Below, piece by piece: positions 39,900 through 55,197 of a stretch of 64,000 nt of DNA. Location of the stretch: NCBI GenBank assembly GCA_951406725.2, contig OX597819.1, forward strand, positions 61,628,001 through 61,692,000, in the 5' to 3' direction. The notes below the pieces were generated by a model that was given only the letters and a program-made list of their open reading frames with translations, searched no databases and was not told the DNA's origin. Each line of letters opens with the position of its first letter. Position 1 is the stretch's first letter. Made by a program: the position numbers and the translations under genes. This DNA comes from Octopus vulgaris (lineage: Eukaryota).

Positions 39900-40830
39900 T
39901 CAGCATATCCCTGTCCATTAAAAATTAGTCATGCATTTGGTTAAAATCACCAAATCTCCGTCTCAAAAAACATAACACGACACCTAAAATCGAGGTAAGT
40001 AAATTGTTATACCATGTCGATTGTCCTTTTCGGGGCCGAAACTAGGATAATGTGTAGAGCAATAGAAAAGATAGATGCGTTTGAGATGTGGGCGTTCCGT
40101 ATATTGGCAAAACAAAATGGAAAAATGAGGTGACACATGCTGCTGTACTAGAAAAGCTGAAAGTTCACAGACACTAATAGTTGAGAATCAAGTCGACAAA
40201 GCTGTCATATTTTGGACATACAATGCGCGGCGAATCATTGCTCAAGACTAGTGGTCCACAATCATTTCTTTTTTGTTTTTGTTTTTTTTTTTCAATCTTT
40301 GGACCTTTTGATTACTATTCTATTATGGCTGAAGCCCCTTAGCCATTCCATGTTTTAAAAATAAAACTAGTTTTATGATTATTTTCAAAATTTTTATTTT
40401 GATTTTCATATGTTCCCTTGTGTGGGTTTACAGCAAAACTTACTGAAAGAACATATTTCAGTGGGTGGGAAAGAAACCTCACAATTTCTTTCATTAAAAT
40501 AAATCTAACAAAACATCTTTTCGTGGACCCTTAAAATATTACTGTGGATCCCCAATTTACTATTTTTGCTTGCCTGGACTCCCTAAAATCTTATATGAAC
40601 CCTAGGGTTCATATGAGAACCACTTGAGAACCACTGCTCAAGACCATCTTCATAGGAAGTGTGGAAACGAAGAGACCAAGAGGCCGTCAAAGCTGTTTGA
40701 GGACAGATGACTTCAAAGAATTGACTGTAAACAAGAGCCTGGCTGATTGCATGCATGCAGCACAATACCGAGGCACAGGAAAGAAGTGGTAAGCTGACTC
40801 GTGGACACAAAGACAGCACCTTGCTAATGG
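39900..40830 (+). mobile_element. RTE-clade LINE 3' fragment split by a hAT MITE
   Basis: LFGAET..., KIDAFEMWAFRIL, LSYFGHTMRGESLLKT, [MITE], then IFIGSVETKRPRGR. Confidence 0.7.
40249..40636. mobile_element. hAT-type MITE
   Basis: TIRs tagtggtccacaa / ttgagaaccactg; exact 8-bp TSD ctcaagac at 40241-40248 and 40637-40644. Confidence 0.85.
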
Positions 40831-41531
40831 TTGATGCTATTTTATACACAAAGATACACGAACATCTACACTCGTGTGTAAGATGAATGTGTGCATAGAT
40901 ATAAGAATTATTAAAATATAAATAAATCTATACAATTATGATTTACTTTGACTGCGTAAAAGATCGATTTTTATGTGATAGAAACAGACATTTGAATCAA
41001 TTCTATCTATTTTGTAGCCGGACGGAAAACAAAATTGACTTTTGTATCATTCAATAGCTAACTTCTACATTAAATATTACTAGCCACAATAACAAGAGAA
41101 TATTTTCACCATCCCATATGATAACTTATTAAACTATACTGTATTTATACCATAAGCTATGTACATCACGATAAATCAGAAGAAAACATCACTTCTTCAC
41201 AAGTTTGTGATCTTTTAGTTGTTTACAATGTCCAGCACTTACATTTCCTGCCAGGATAATACATGGGACACGCCATTACTGTGGTGTTGTATGCCAAATA
41301 TTGCTGTTTTCATTCTGTTGCTAAATTGTTAATTAGATGAGCCATTGTTATGGTCAATACTTAAATATACAGTAGACTGTAAACAACGGGAAAAGAAAAA
41401 TTGATCAACTGATCGATAAATCATTTGATTGTTCGAGAGTAAGATGAATAAACAAATAAGGGAGATGGATAGGTAAATAGACAGAGAGATAGGTAGAATG
41501 ATAGATAGGTAGAATGATAGATAGGTAGAAT

Positions 41532-41616
<85 letters not shown>

Positions 41617-42159
41617 GTTCATATGTAAACACTACATGAAACATAAAATAATTTCTTTATGTTTGAATAAATGAGATTTTTATAATTCTTCGGTACTTTG
41701 GGAACATGTAAGTTTGGAAAACTTTTCCTCATAGTCTATGGTTGGCTCCTGTCCAATTATGCCTCTTAGAACCGACCATTAGAATAATGGAGTTAGAATT
41801 TGACACAATATCAATAAGTTGACAGTTTGATTTAGTGAAAATTTCATAGAATTTCTTTTTCTTTAAATTTGGCTTAGTATCGCATAAGCCTTTCACCTTT
41901 GGTCGTTACCTTAATCACTCTCAGAAGACATGTCTGGTTAGTTTTGAAAAATATTCCTTTATGGCAACGATTCAGCTGTTAGATTAATATTGAACTAAAT
42001 GTGTGTCGCTAACTTCTAAAACTTGTTCGCAAATTATTGAGAATTGCAGCAAACGTCTCAGTATGGGTTGAATGGTAAGTAGCTGTAATTCGGTCATCGG
42101 CACTACATTTGACATTCTAATTTCGATGGATCAGTGAAACCAACTTCATATATGTACCT

Positions 42160-42384
42160 ATTTCTTTATTACCCACAAGGGGCTAAACACAGAGGGGACA
42201 AACAAGGACAGACATAGGTATTAAGTCGATTACATCGACCCCAGTGCGTAACTGGTATTTAATTTATCGACCCCGAAAGGATGAAAGGCAAAGTCCACCT
42301 CGGCGGAATTTGAACTCACAACGTAACGACAGACGAAATACAACTACGCATTTCGCCCGGCGTGCTAACGATTCTGCCAGCTCA
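42160..42384 (-). mobile_element. SINE family A
   Basis: Near-consensus copy. Confidence 0.8.
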
Positions 42385-42779
42385 GGATGCTACAAGTCAT
42401 CAATGTAAAACATAGAGAACTGCTTCACTGTCGAGTGTTTCGTTGTTATGGTTACCTCTTGCTGTAATTATGGCTTAGAAAGGGATGGCTTTCAGCAAAG
42501 TAATTAACTCATACGTACTACTTAAATACTTCAGTGTACCCAACTCACTACTATACAGTTCGAAGGCGTATAGAACTCAATATTTTACTTGAAGAATTTT
42601 TAGTCAAATGCATCGACCCCAGTACTTATGTTTTTAAGCCTGGCAATTACTCTATCAGTCTCTTTGACTGAACCGTTGAGTTACGGGGGCATAAACACAC
42701 CAACATCGGTTGTCACACCCATGTCTGCCTGTCTATTTATGTATGTATGTATGTATGTATGTATGTATCTATCTATCTA

Positions 42780-42875
<96 letters not shown>

Positions 42876-42973
42876 TGTGGAGAGAGAAGGAGAAAAGAAA
42901 GCGAGGGAGAGAGACGTTGGGTTTCTGCCAGCTTCCGTTTACCAAATCCTCACAAGGCGCATGGGCACGACAA

Positions 42974-43029
<56 letters not shown>

Positions 43030-44022
43030 AAAATGATGGCACAAGGTTATGAAATGTCTAATGATACAGGCTATCGGGAAAACATTATCAACAGAAGGAC
43101 GTTCAATGGCTGAGCAAAAGATGCTCTTTGAAAATGAATTTAATTACCGTAGTTCGATGAAACAATTCGTTTGCGTATGTGTGTGTGTGTCTGTGTTTGT
43201 TTGTGTGTATGCGTATGTATGTGTATGTGTCAGTATGTACGTTTTGTATATGCCTTCGTGTGTAAGTGCGTTTGTGTGTGTGTTGCCTTTACAAAATAAG
43301 GTACAGCAAAAAGAAAAAAATCTAGATACTCCACCACAAAAGAAAAAAGGGAAAAAAAAACAGAATTCTGTTCATTTTGGTGTGAGGAGAGAAGCACTAT
43401 CTAATATTTTGGGCATAGACCTTCATCAGAGAAAGATGAGACAATTATGCATATTTTGATCGAACCACCCGCAGCGAAAGATAAACTCTAACGTGTTGGA
43501 GTAAGATTGCGTTGCGATGCAGAGTCTCAAAGAAAAACAACGGTGTCGGTGGGTAACGAAACATTAGCGACTACACAGTAACATGAAGTAACATTATATT
43601 TTTAAGAGTAAATAAGACACTGAGACATTTTAGTGTATGTGATTAACATAGTTCTTGTCCATGAACGGCTGACTGAGAATTGCGACCTTATAAAATATCT
43701 TTGATATATTTCTGAGCAACTCAACTTGAATTATTTAGATATGATATACAACTTGCAGGTTTCACAAAATATATTTTTTATTTTTTTATTTTTCTTGTTA
43801 TTTCTCACTTGATATGTCATTTACTAACGCGAGTAACTGCTTATAAGATGTGATTAAAATCCAGTTATTCATGCTAGGACAATAATAATGACAAAACAAA
43901 ACTACATACATACATACATACATTCAAATAGAATAGAAAGATAAAATCACGTTAATGATTATATCAGGGAGTCAGCATGAAATAAAAATTTATAGGTAAT
44001 TTATATATTATATTATTAATTA

Positions 44023-44095
<73 letters not shown>

Positions 44096-44327
44096 GGATC
44101 AGGGCGAAACGGCCTATCTACTACATGCTTGAAATAAATGTCAAGGCACTAAGAAACTACTGAATAACTCCAAAAAGACACAGGTTGTAACTATTAATTT
44201 ATATATATATATAACGAGGGTAGAAATTAATATTATAAATTATATTAATTTATACCAGTGGCTAACATACTTAAAAAATTCCGAGGACATATATATACAC
44301 ACATACATATATACAACGCGCGCGCAC

Positions 44328-44404
<77 letters not shown>

Positions 44405-44409
44405 ATAGT

Positions 44410-44570
44410 TGAAGTTTATAGAAAAACAAAAGACGAAGACAGGTGTATGAACAACAAGCGAGTGCATTAGCTTGACGCTCGGGAAAGATGAAAAACTCTT
44501 TTACGTTTCGAGCCTACGCTCTTCAACTGAAAGGAATAAGAGAAAATAGAGGGAATGGAAAAAAACTTGT
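44410..44570 (-). mobile_element. Short hammerhead-variant element, copy 3 (core CAGUUGA)
   Basis: Minus strand 44533-44498: cttt CAGTTGA agagc gtag gctc GAAA cg TA aaag; shared tail cccgagcgtcaagctaat...tacacctgtcttcgtcttttg. Confidence 0.6.
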
Positions 44571-44769
44571 AGAGTTCAGCTGTCCAACATATATAAGATT
44601 GTTTGTTATGGCCGGTGCTAGTATCACCATTTGTGGCGCCTTATAGGTGCGAAGCCAATAGCCACTCTCTGACCGGCCATAACAAACAACCTTACTGTAA
44701 AGTTTCAGGGTACTTCTTTTTCGGATATATGAATTACAGACCGATAAATATATACAAAAGTGTGCATTG

Positions 44770-45155
44770 GAGTGAAAGCATTTTAAGAAACCAGGATGAC
44801 CCATGCGAAACTCAAAAGAAATTTAAAGAAAAATGCTACGATCAACGAGAAAATGAATCCCAACAATCTTTCTGCGTGCACAATTTGTAACAGACCATGT
44901 CTTTCTTTTGCTGGGCTCGAATCTCATTTGCGGACCCAGGAAAAATGAACCTCCAATAACTACTCTGCCTAACTATCCGTGCATACCTGTCAATGCCGTG
45001 TATGTCATAAGGTCTGCAAATCTAACAGAGGCCCCAAAGATCAGAAACCTATCTGCAGTTCATGGTGATCCAAAGTAGATATGCAATTTATGTGGATGTC
45101 TTTTTAAAACATTATCTGGTTTAAAAAGCCACATCAGACGCCATGATAGATCTAA
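44770..45155 (+). mobile_element. LINE (RTE-like) 3' fragment with tandem C2H2 zinc fingers
   Basis: CNRPCLSFAGLESHLRT, CRVCHKVCKSNRG and CNLCGCLFKTLSGLKSHIRRH in broken frames. Confidence 0.5.
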
Positions 45156-45847
45156 GGTGTCGTCGCCATCATCATAGTCATCGTCATAATTTTAATCTAA
45201 CTTCCATGCTGGTAAGGGCCGGACAACTTAACGGTATCCAAAGTCGGAAGCACACATCTTGTCCCAGTGCCTCACTTTTGACATGGTATCTATGGCTTGA
45301 AATCCTTCTTAAAAATCAACCATTTTACTGGATACTTTTTCATGACACCAGCACCTATGAAGTCGCCTTGTAACCTGCAAGACAAAAGAGGCACATCGAC
45401 TCAGAAGAAGGGGAAGAAATAAAATGGTTGTTTTATACGTGGTATTGAGAGATTCAAATGTATGATGGGAGGAGTATGAACAGGTTTTATTGTGGTGGTG
45501 GAAATCCATAGGCAGTTTGCATTTCGTATGCCTTGATAGGGGTTACTGAAGTGGTACCCGAAAGAAGGTGGCAGAATGTACTCTCAAGGTAACATATCTA
45601 TGAAGGTGAATATGAGAGAGCGAGTATATAGAAGAATCAAGGGGTGAAGCTGAAAGACTGTACGAGGAGAGTGAGAGATGGCTGCATACAAGAGGCGGAG
45701 ATTGAGAGATGTATATAGGCTATGAATGTAGTGAATGGAATATATAAATATTTGCTTGTGTATAAGTATATAAATGAGGAGCATTTCATCTGTCATGCGT
45801 AATTCATTACAAGTTATGTGAATGTGTCTGTCTGTCTGTCTATCAAA

Positions 45848-45926
<79 letters not shown>

Positions 45927-46047
45927 GCTAGCAACCTATTTATCTATCAATCTGTCTGCTTAATATTTATCTATATACATCAATATATCTATAGCTATAC
46001 CTACATCTGTCCATGTATCTGTGTGTGGATTTCTGTTCTTTCTGTCT

Positions 46048-46108
<61 letters not shown>

Positions 46109-46147
46109 ATTCTACCTATCTATCATTCTACATATCTATCATTCTAC

Positions 46148-46223
<76 letters not shown>

Positions 46224-46331
46224 ATCTAGCTAACTAGCTATCTGTTTATTTACCACTCTACTTAATATTTATCTGTCATCTATCTATCTCTCCATATGTA
46301 TGTGTGTGCGTATTTTTGTTTTGTCTTTCTA

Positions 46332-46398
<67 letters not shown>

Positions 46399-46507
46399 TT
46401 ATTTATTTATGTTGATCTATCAATCTATCAATATAGCTACAGCTATATCTATTTTTCTATCAACATCTACCTACATCTGCCTACATCTACCTACCTATCT
46501 ATATAAA

Positions 46508-46580
<73 letters not shown>

Positions 46581-48128
46581 CAGTGGGCTAAGAATTGTGA
46601 AAGATTTAAACGTTCAAATCCCAATGTCACCTCCTACAAGAAAAGGTTAAACGGAATAAGATGTGGCGGGGCGGGGTTCGGAGTGGGGGCGTTGAAGGTA
46701 AAAAATGTCAGTAGAAGTACCTCTCTCTCTATCTATCTCTCTTTCTCTCTCTGCCTCCCTCTCTCTCTCTCTCGATTTGTAAATATCACTTCGTAAAAAA
46801 ATTCTTATCTGGAATGTTGTAGAAACGGAGAAAAAGCACGAGGTGTGGCAGGAGTGCTTCCGAAATCTGCCGATGAAACCTACATTTTCTCAATGAAATA
46901 CATTTATCGCAGCTTCCTTTCTGTTTCCTGCCAAATGATAACAAAAAATCTTGATAATGATGATAAGAAATAAATAACACCCACAAGAGTAACAATTACG
47001 AGGATTTCTAACATAGGCGTAAATCCACCGCGTTTTGGAGAAGAGGTATAGTCATGTACTTCGGCTCCTGTACTTCTTTCACTAGTACTTTAATTTATCG
47101 GTCAAGAAAACACGAAAGCCATAACCATCAACCACAGTTAAATATGAACTTACAACGTAAAGGAACGTATTCGAATATCGCAAGTCGGTTCGCCCGTTGC
47201 TCAACAGATTCTGTTAACGCTGCATTCGCAAATCTTATTTCAGTCATTAGACTGCGACCATCCTGGGATACCGTCTTGAAGAATTCATAGTCGATCCCAG
47301 TACTTGGTTTCTGAAGGCTGGTACTTATTTTATTGATCTATTTCGTCGAACTGCTAAGTTACGGGGACGTAAACACACCAACACCTGTTGTCAAGCGGTG
47401 GTTGAAGGATTTTTAGGACAAACACCGTCACAAAGACATACACTCAGGTATGGACACGCGTGCGCGCACACACACTATCACGCACATATACACTTACACA
47501 CAAACATCCTCACACATATATGCATACATACATACGACGGGATTCTCTCAGTTTTCATTTTCCAGATCCACTTTGTTCGGCTCGAGACTATTATGGAAAA
47601 CACTTGCCCAAGATGCCACGCAGTGAGACTGAACCTAGAACCATGTGGTTGGGAAACAAACTTCTTACCACACAGCCACGCCTGCACCCAATTGTTTTTC
47701 CTTTTGGCAGAAGACCAGCTATTTTGAGAGGAGAGAACAAGTCAATTACGTTGACCTCAGTACTTAGCTGGTACTTTGTTTTATCGACCTCAGATGGACG
47801 AGAGTCAAAGTTAGTCTCGGGGAAATTTGAACTCGGAACGTAAAGATCCGGATCAACTGCCACAAAGCATTTTTTCCGAAGCTCTTACAGCTCTACTAGC
47901 TCTCTACTTAGTGAGTAAGTGTATGTCTTTGCGACTGTCCTCGTCCCCCACCCACGTCCCCATAACTTAGCAGCTCGGCGAAAGAGATCAATAAAATAAG
48001 TACCAGCCTTCAGAAAGGATGAAAGGCAAAGTCGACCTCGGCGGAATTTGAACTCAGAGCGTAGCGACGGACGAAATGCCGCTAAGCTTTTTTCCCCGAC
48101 GTGCTAACGATTCCGCCAGCTTGCCGCC

Positions 48129-48199
<71 letters not shown>

Positions 48200-48429
48200 G
48201 ATTTCATTTATTTGCCAAAAGTGCGAAAGATGAGGGCACAATACAGAGACAGACATAAAGTGTGGTCGTTTAAATTTCTGCAATTTTAAATTTTTATCAC
48301 TTCTTATTTTGAACTTGACACAGACGTACTGTGAAATATCGTTCAACTAATAAAATATCTTACAATCGAATCGCGCTCTTCGTCTTGATTGTTTACCTTT
48401 GTGAAGTATTAGGTCAATACTTTTTAAAA

Positions 48430-48635
<206 letters not shown>

Positions 48636-49178
48636 ATGTTGTAGAGGTGGTGTAGATTTTTATGAATTCACAATGATACATCATCTAAGAGGCGGGGGTT
48701 TGTTTGATTGACACGCTATGCCTTAATGGTATTTACTCTACTAAACTCGACTCGATGAAATGCAAAGCAGACGCCGAAGGATTTCGAGTGAGTGACGTCA
48801 CTCTTTTAGCGACGTCACTATATACTGTAAGGTGTTTCATCCAGTGTCTTTACAATTTTGATCTCCATTATCTAACCCCAATACCGTGACAGTATATCAA
48901 TCATACCATGTCGAAATGGAAAGCAACCATATCAATACAAGCGAAAAAGAGGATAAAAATCTAGCCTCTTATATTCTTTTATTCGTTTCAGTCATTTGAC
49001 TGCGGCCATGCTGGAGCACCGCCTTTAGTCGAACAAATAGACCCCAGGACATATTCTTTGTAAACCTAGTACTTATTCTATCGCCGTCTCATTTTGGCGA
49101 ACCGTTAAGCGACGGGGACGTAAGCACACCAGCATCGGTTGTCAAGCGATGGTGGAGGGACAAAAGCAAATACATACC

Positions 49179-49227
<49 letters not shown>

Positions 49228-49247
49228 ATGTATGCGTATATACATGA

Positions 49248-49281
<34 letters not shown>

Positions 49282-50047
49282 GTGAGTGTGTGTGTGTGCG
49301 TGTGTGTGGGAATTTCAACTCAGAACGTATTGCCAAAAGAAATGTCGCTACGCATTTTGTCCTGGGCAATGACGATTCTGCCACCACGCCAACAACTATA
49401 TTGGCAGGAGGAGGAGGATTGGCAGCGGAGGAGGAGGAGGAGAAGGGGGAAGAAGAAGAAGAAGAAGAAGAAGAAGAAGAAGAAGAAGAAGAAGAAGAAG
49501 AAGAAGAAGAAGAAGAAGAAGAAGAAGAAGAAGAAGAAGAATGAAGAAAGGAAGGAATGAATAAATTAAAAACAACGAAGTATTTGGCATCTAAGAAACA
49601 GAGAATTCTTCAATTAGAAACCATTTCATTAAGCTGGCGTCTACTAAAATATGTTCAGCGCAATTGTTATATTTCCAAGGATTTTAATGAAACATACTTA
49701 ACGATAAATGTAATTAAAGCTACGTTTGACGAATGTAAAATTAATTTTGAAGTTCTTTGTAAGCACGAAAACTACGGGAAGAACGAATAACATGGGTCAT
49801 TATTATATGTGTGTGTGTTCGTGTGTGTGTACATACATACACACACACACATAAACATATATATATATATATACGTCAAGATACGGTCGTCTCGTTGTGT
49901 AAGATGGAAATTGCTAAAGGTAACTGAAGAGGGAAAAGTCTTGATACTTTTTTTTATATGAGAATTAGAATGAATGGATATTTGTATGAATATAAGTTCG
50001 TACGTAAACGTATATACATACACGCGCAGACGCATATATATATATAC

Positions 50048-50447
50048 CCTTTTACTCTTTTACTTGTTTCAGTCATTTGACTGCGGCCATGCTGGGGCAC
50101 CGCCTTTGGTCGAGGAAATCGACCCCAGGACTTATTCTTTGTAAGCCTAGTACTTATTCTATCGGTCTCTTTTGCCGAACCGCTAAGTTACGGGGACGTA
50201 AACACACCAGCATCGGTTGTTGGGGGGACAAAAACAGACACACAAACACCCACACACACACACACATACATATATATATATACATATATACAACGGGTTT
50301 CTTTCAGTTTCCGTCTACCAAATCCACTCACAAGGCTTTGGTCGGCCCGAGGCTATAGCAGAAGACACTTGCCTAAGGTGCCACGCAGTGGGACTGAACC
50401 CGGAACCATGCGGTTGGTAAGCAAGTTACTTACTACACAGCCACTCA
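50048..50447 (-). mobile_element. SINE family B
   Basis: Reverse-complement copy. Further copies at about 28745-29215, 47235-47685, 53070-53447 (-) and 23303-23500, 57391-57720 (+). Confidence 0.8.
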
Positions 50448-50451
50448 TGTG

Positions 50452-50488
<37 letters not shown>

Positions 50489-51574
50489 GCTTATGCATAC
50501 GCTCGCATACACAAACACAGTCACACACACAGGCATACATTCATACATATACGCTCACGAACATTCTACTGTATGTAATGAGAATAATTTTAAATCTTGT
50601 TTGTAATTCCAAACACACATACATTTCATATATTTGGTTACGTAATATAAATAATGGTTAAATGACATGGAAACGGCTAGCAGAAAAAGATAAATGGACA
50701 CGGAAAAATCCTAAATTAATCTAGTTTCGGCCCGTTTATGCCATAGTATCACTCCTCTAGATGAGCCAGTGATTGAAAAATATCGCTGAGTTTGGTAAAT
50801 ATTACAACGAAAAGTTTGATTGCTTAAAATATGGTGGGTCACAATATGCGAATGGAAAGAAAACTCGCGGACAAACAGATACAGAGAAATATTGGCTCTC
50901 CTATTGTAAACGATAGATGAGGATTCTGTGGGCCTCTTACTGACTAACTTGCACATGTGATCAAATATTAACTCAATCCCGCCACCAAATCGACATTGCC
51001 TGTACAAGTTGACGTTGTACCCGCACGTCAGATGTCGATATGATTGTAGAGTAACGTGACATGAAGTCTTTTGTTCAAGAAGAACACTACGGTTCCCAGT
51101 TCAAGAATCGAAACGATCGATTCCCACGTGTATTAATGCAATTATTTTCTGTTGTAGGTGTTTATACGTTCTAATATTTGACTATTTCCTATAACAAATA
51201 TATGGCGAAGACTTATAATTCTATTTCTAAAATTTCATTCGTCACCGTTTCCTAATTCACGCAAAATTCGCACATACTTATAGATATATGTAAGCATTAT
51301 CGGTTGCACATACATAGTGTATGTCTTTATCTATACGGTCATTTATTGCGGGACATTGTCCTGGAAAAGCTCCCTGATGCCGAGTAATAGAGAATGCTGA
51401 ATGTCCCAGACCAGGTGAGACAACTCGCATCGAGATGAACGAGAATAATAGATATCGATATTTTGCGATTACTGAGGTTCATGTTTCTGTATTCCTCTAT
51501 TTCCTCTATTTTAAATTCCTCTATTTACAAAATATCGAGGTCCCTTTCATTTATTTGTTGTCTTACCATTTCTA

Positions 51575-51577
51575 TCA

Positions 51578-51608
<31 letters not shown>

Positions 51609-51639
51609 CGTGTGTATGCATGTATGCATGTATCTATGT

Positions 51640-51671
<32 letters not shown>

Positions 51672-51977
51672 GTACATATATATGTATGTGTATATATATA
51701 TATATATATACATACAAACATACATCTAACCACGTGCTTTTACATAGCAACTCTCTCACACACCTACATATATATATATATACCCATATACAAATATATA
51801 TATACATATACATATGTGTATATATATATTCATACATACATATATTTAAACGTGTATATGCATGTATATATACATATTTATACATATATATATATAAACC
51901 CATACATATATATATAGTTTTATATATTATATATAGTTATATATATATATATATAGTTATATATATATTATATATAG

Positions 51978-52040
<63 letters not shown>

Positions 52041-52080
52041 CATATATATTCATATGTGTATATACATGCAAATATGTATG
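51575..52080. repeat. Degenerate (TA)n/(TACA)n tract
   Basis: Direct observation. Confidence 0.9.
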
Positions 52081-52769
52081 TGTTTATGTTTGAACAAAGG
52101 GATATTACATAATACCTCCACTGTACTGTTTTTAACCTCAGTAAGCATCTTACACTAATTTAAGTAAAATAAAGTGGGAAAAGTTGGAGATTCCAGATGA
52201 TCGTGTCAATATTTTCTGACAATCTTCCAAATAATCTTTTTAGGGTAGATGTTATCCATCAATGTCACGATGTTCCTATTAAGCATCAATTGAATCAAAT
52301 ATCTATCACATGCAATGTATGGCAACAAACTCAATCAAAAGACGTGTAGATGATGTCGACTGTAAATGTCATTTGGAGGCAAAATTAATTATCTCAGTAA
52401 ATCCTATCTGAGATAAAATCTAAGTCACAAACAAAATCACGTCTGAGGTGTTCTGATTTTCACAATTCTTCTTTCTTTCTTCTCCTGCCTTCTCCATCTT
52501 CATCTACTACTATTACTCTCTCTTTCTTTCTCTTCCTTTCTCTCTCTCTATTCCTCCATAGCCTCCTCTCTCTCTCTCTCTCTCTCTCCTTCTTTCTCTC
52601 TATTTCTTTCTCTTTCAGTCATTCTCTTTCGTTTTCTCCATATTTCTATGTTTAACGGTCATCTGACCTTTCTTGGTTCTTCTTTTTCTGTAGTGTGGAC
52701 AAAACTACACTTGTTTTGCTGTTTCTTTTTGGTTATACACACACACACACACACACGCACACACGCACG

Positions 52770-52803
<34 letters not shown>

Positions 52804-52833
52804 TAGATCGATAGATCGATTGATAGATAGATT

Positions 52834-52918
<85 letters not shown>

Positions 52919-52952
52919 GTAGATAGATAGATAGATAGATGTATATATATGT

Positions 52953-52986
<34 letters not shown>

Positions 52987-53448
52987 ACATATATATATAT
53001 ACATATATACACACACATACACATATATATATAAATATAAATATTATTTTATTCTTATATTATTTTATATATTTGAGTCATTTGACTGTGGCTATACTGG
53101 AGCACCGCCTCTAGTCGAACAAATCGATCCCAGAACTTATTCTTTGTAAGCCTAGTACTTATTCTATCGGTGACTTTTGCCGAACCACTAAGTTATGACG
53201 ATGTAAACACACCAATATCGGTTGTCAAGCGATGGTGGGGACAAACACAGACACACGAGCACACACACACACACACACACACACGCATATACGACGGGCT
53301 TCTTTCAGTGTCCGTATTCCAGATCCACTCACAAGGGTTTTGGTTAGTCAGAGACTCTAGTAGAAGACATTTGCCCAAGGTGCCACGCAGTAGGACTGAA
53401 CCCGGAACTATGTGATTGGGAAACAAGCATCTTACCACACAGCCACCT

Positions 53449-53553
<105 letters not shown>

Positions 53554-53662
53554 GTAACAGAAAAAAGGAATTTCGGTTGTCTCCACGTAGTGGATTGTAA
53601 TGTATATAACAAATTAAAAAAGGAAAATACGCACACTTACATGGTTTTGATATAATTTTTAA

Positions 53663-53699
53663 TATATCGACCGGTTTCGCAATCGCTATTCATGATATA
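53663..53699 (-). ncRNA. Minimal hammerhead-like motif with A3-U8 core variant
   Basis: Minus strand: tatatc ATGAATA gc gatt gc GAAA ccgg TC gatata. 6-bp stem I, palindromic accggt stem III, GUC site. Confidence 0.6.
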
Positions 53700-53794
53700 A
53701 TGTTTAATTTATATGAACATATATTTTTTCTTAAGAAGAAATTTGGTCCATGTCGTTTGTAATGAAATTCACGAGTGAATGACTTTACAAGTTG

Positions 53795-53866
<72 letters not shown>

Positions 53867-54418
53867 TACACATATATATATAACATATTTGTTATACATA
53901 TATATACATAGAGGCCTTCTAAGTGGCATTCTTCCATACTTTGGATACCACTCGGCAACCACACGGGTTCACCTGTTGCCTGTGGATCTTGCGACATGTC
54001 CGGCCCAGCGGAGCGTATGCTTTCGGTACTCTGTGAATTTGTGTTGAAACAAATCTCGTTGTGCCCAAGGGGGATTATTATGCCAATAAAAATTTAAATA
54101 AACACACGCACGGGTTCAATACCATTTCCTCATTTTACTAACTATCCAATGGTTTATTTAATGCGTTGCTTGAACAAGCGGCTGTTGTTTTTTTTTCTGT
54201 CAAAGTCCATCCATTGCTATTCGTGACCTCATCAATGATATGCCTTCATTCTTCATATATGTGTATGTGTGTATGTATGTATGTATGTATGTATGTATGT
54301 ATGTATGTATGTATGTATGTATGTATGTATGTATGTATGTACGTATGCATGCATGCATGTATCTATCTATCTAGCAAGCTATTTATCTATGTCTATATAT
54401 CTTAGGTATACAGTGAGA

Positions 54419-54476
54419 CTTGCTGATGAGAATTAAGGGAGGTAAGCTCTCAAAATTCGAAATCAATTGATCCAGG
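54419..54476 (+). ncRNA. Type I hammerhead ribozyme with canonical core, orphan
   Basis: cttg CTGATGA gaatt aa gggag gtaag ctctc aa aattc GAAA tcaattga TC cagg. Palindromic stem III, AUC site; flanking aggtat/atatct can extend stem I. Confidence 0.85.
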
Positions 54477-54744
54477 AATATCTATTTCCTTATTCTATGG
54501 TTTTCTGCTCGTACCCGATTTCTGCTGCGCTTGTTACATTTCTATTGACTGGTGTTCTTTTTTTACTTTTAGGGGATTTTTCAACTCTGATTTTCACAGC
54601 AATGCTGGCACCACGTGTGCCCTATTATAATTATGAATTATAATTATAATTATAAAATTTTGGATTTGCCATTTATCGGCTTTTGCTTTCTGGCCAATTA
54701 TATTATTGTTGCTATTATTCATTTTACTACTACTAATAATAATA

Positions 54745-55020
54745 ACGAGTACTCAGAGAGCGCAAACCTCCGCCAAGGCAACATCAACGTCCTCTCAATG
54801 ATTAGCCAGAGATGATTTTAAAATGGGAGAAAAATAATGTAGAATCCTTGTCTGGTACTGTATCGATCCCAAAATCTAATCAGCTCGTACTAGTCACGAG
54901 GCCAAACATCCCTGAAAGTTTCATCCGAGTCCATCAAGCGGTTCTTGAGATATTTTGTCCACGGACAAAGTAACAAACACAACTGAAAACAATACTTCCG
55001 CCTTCGCTAAGGTGAAGGTA
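54745..55020 (+). mobile_element. Helentron/DINE-like element, second copy
   Basis: Aligns along its length with 21200-21537. Confidence 0.55.
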
Positions 55021-55088
55021 ATAATAATATCTATATAAATATTTTCGAATATTTATTCATTTAGTAATTATATATACGCACACACACA

Positions 55089-55146
<58 letters not shown>

Positions 55147-55150
55147 TGTA

Positions 55151-55197
<47 letters not shown>

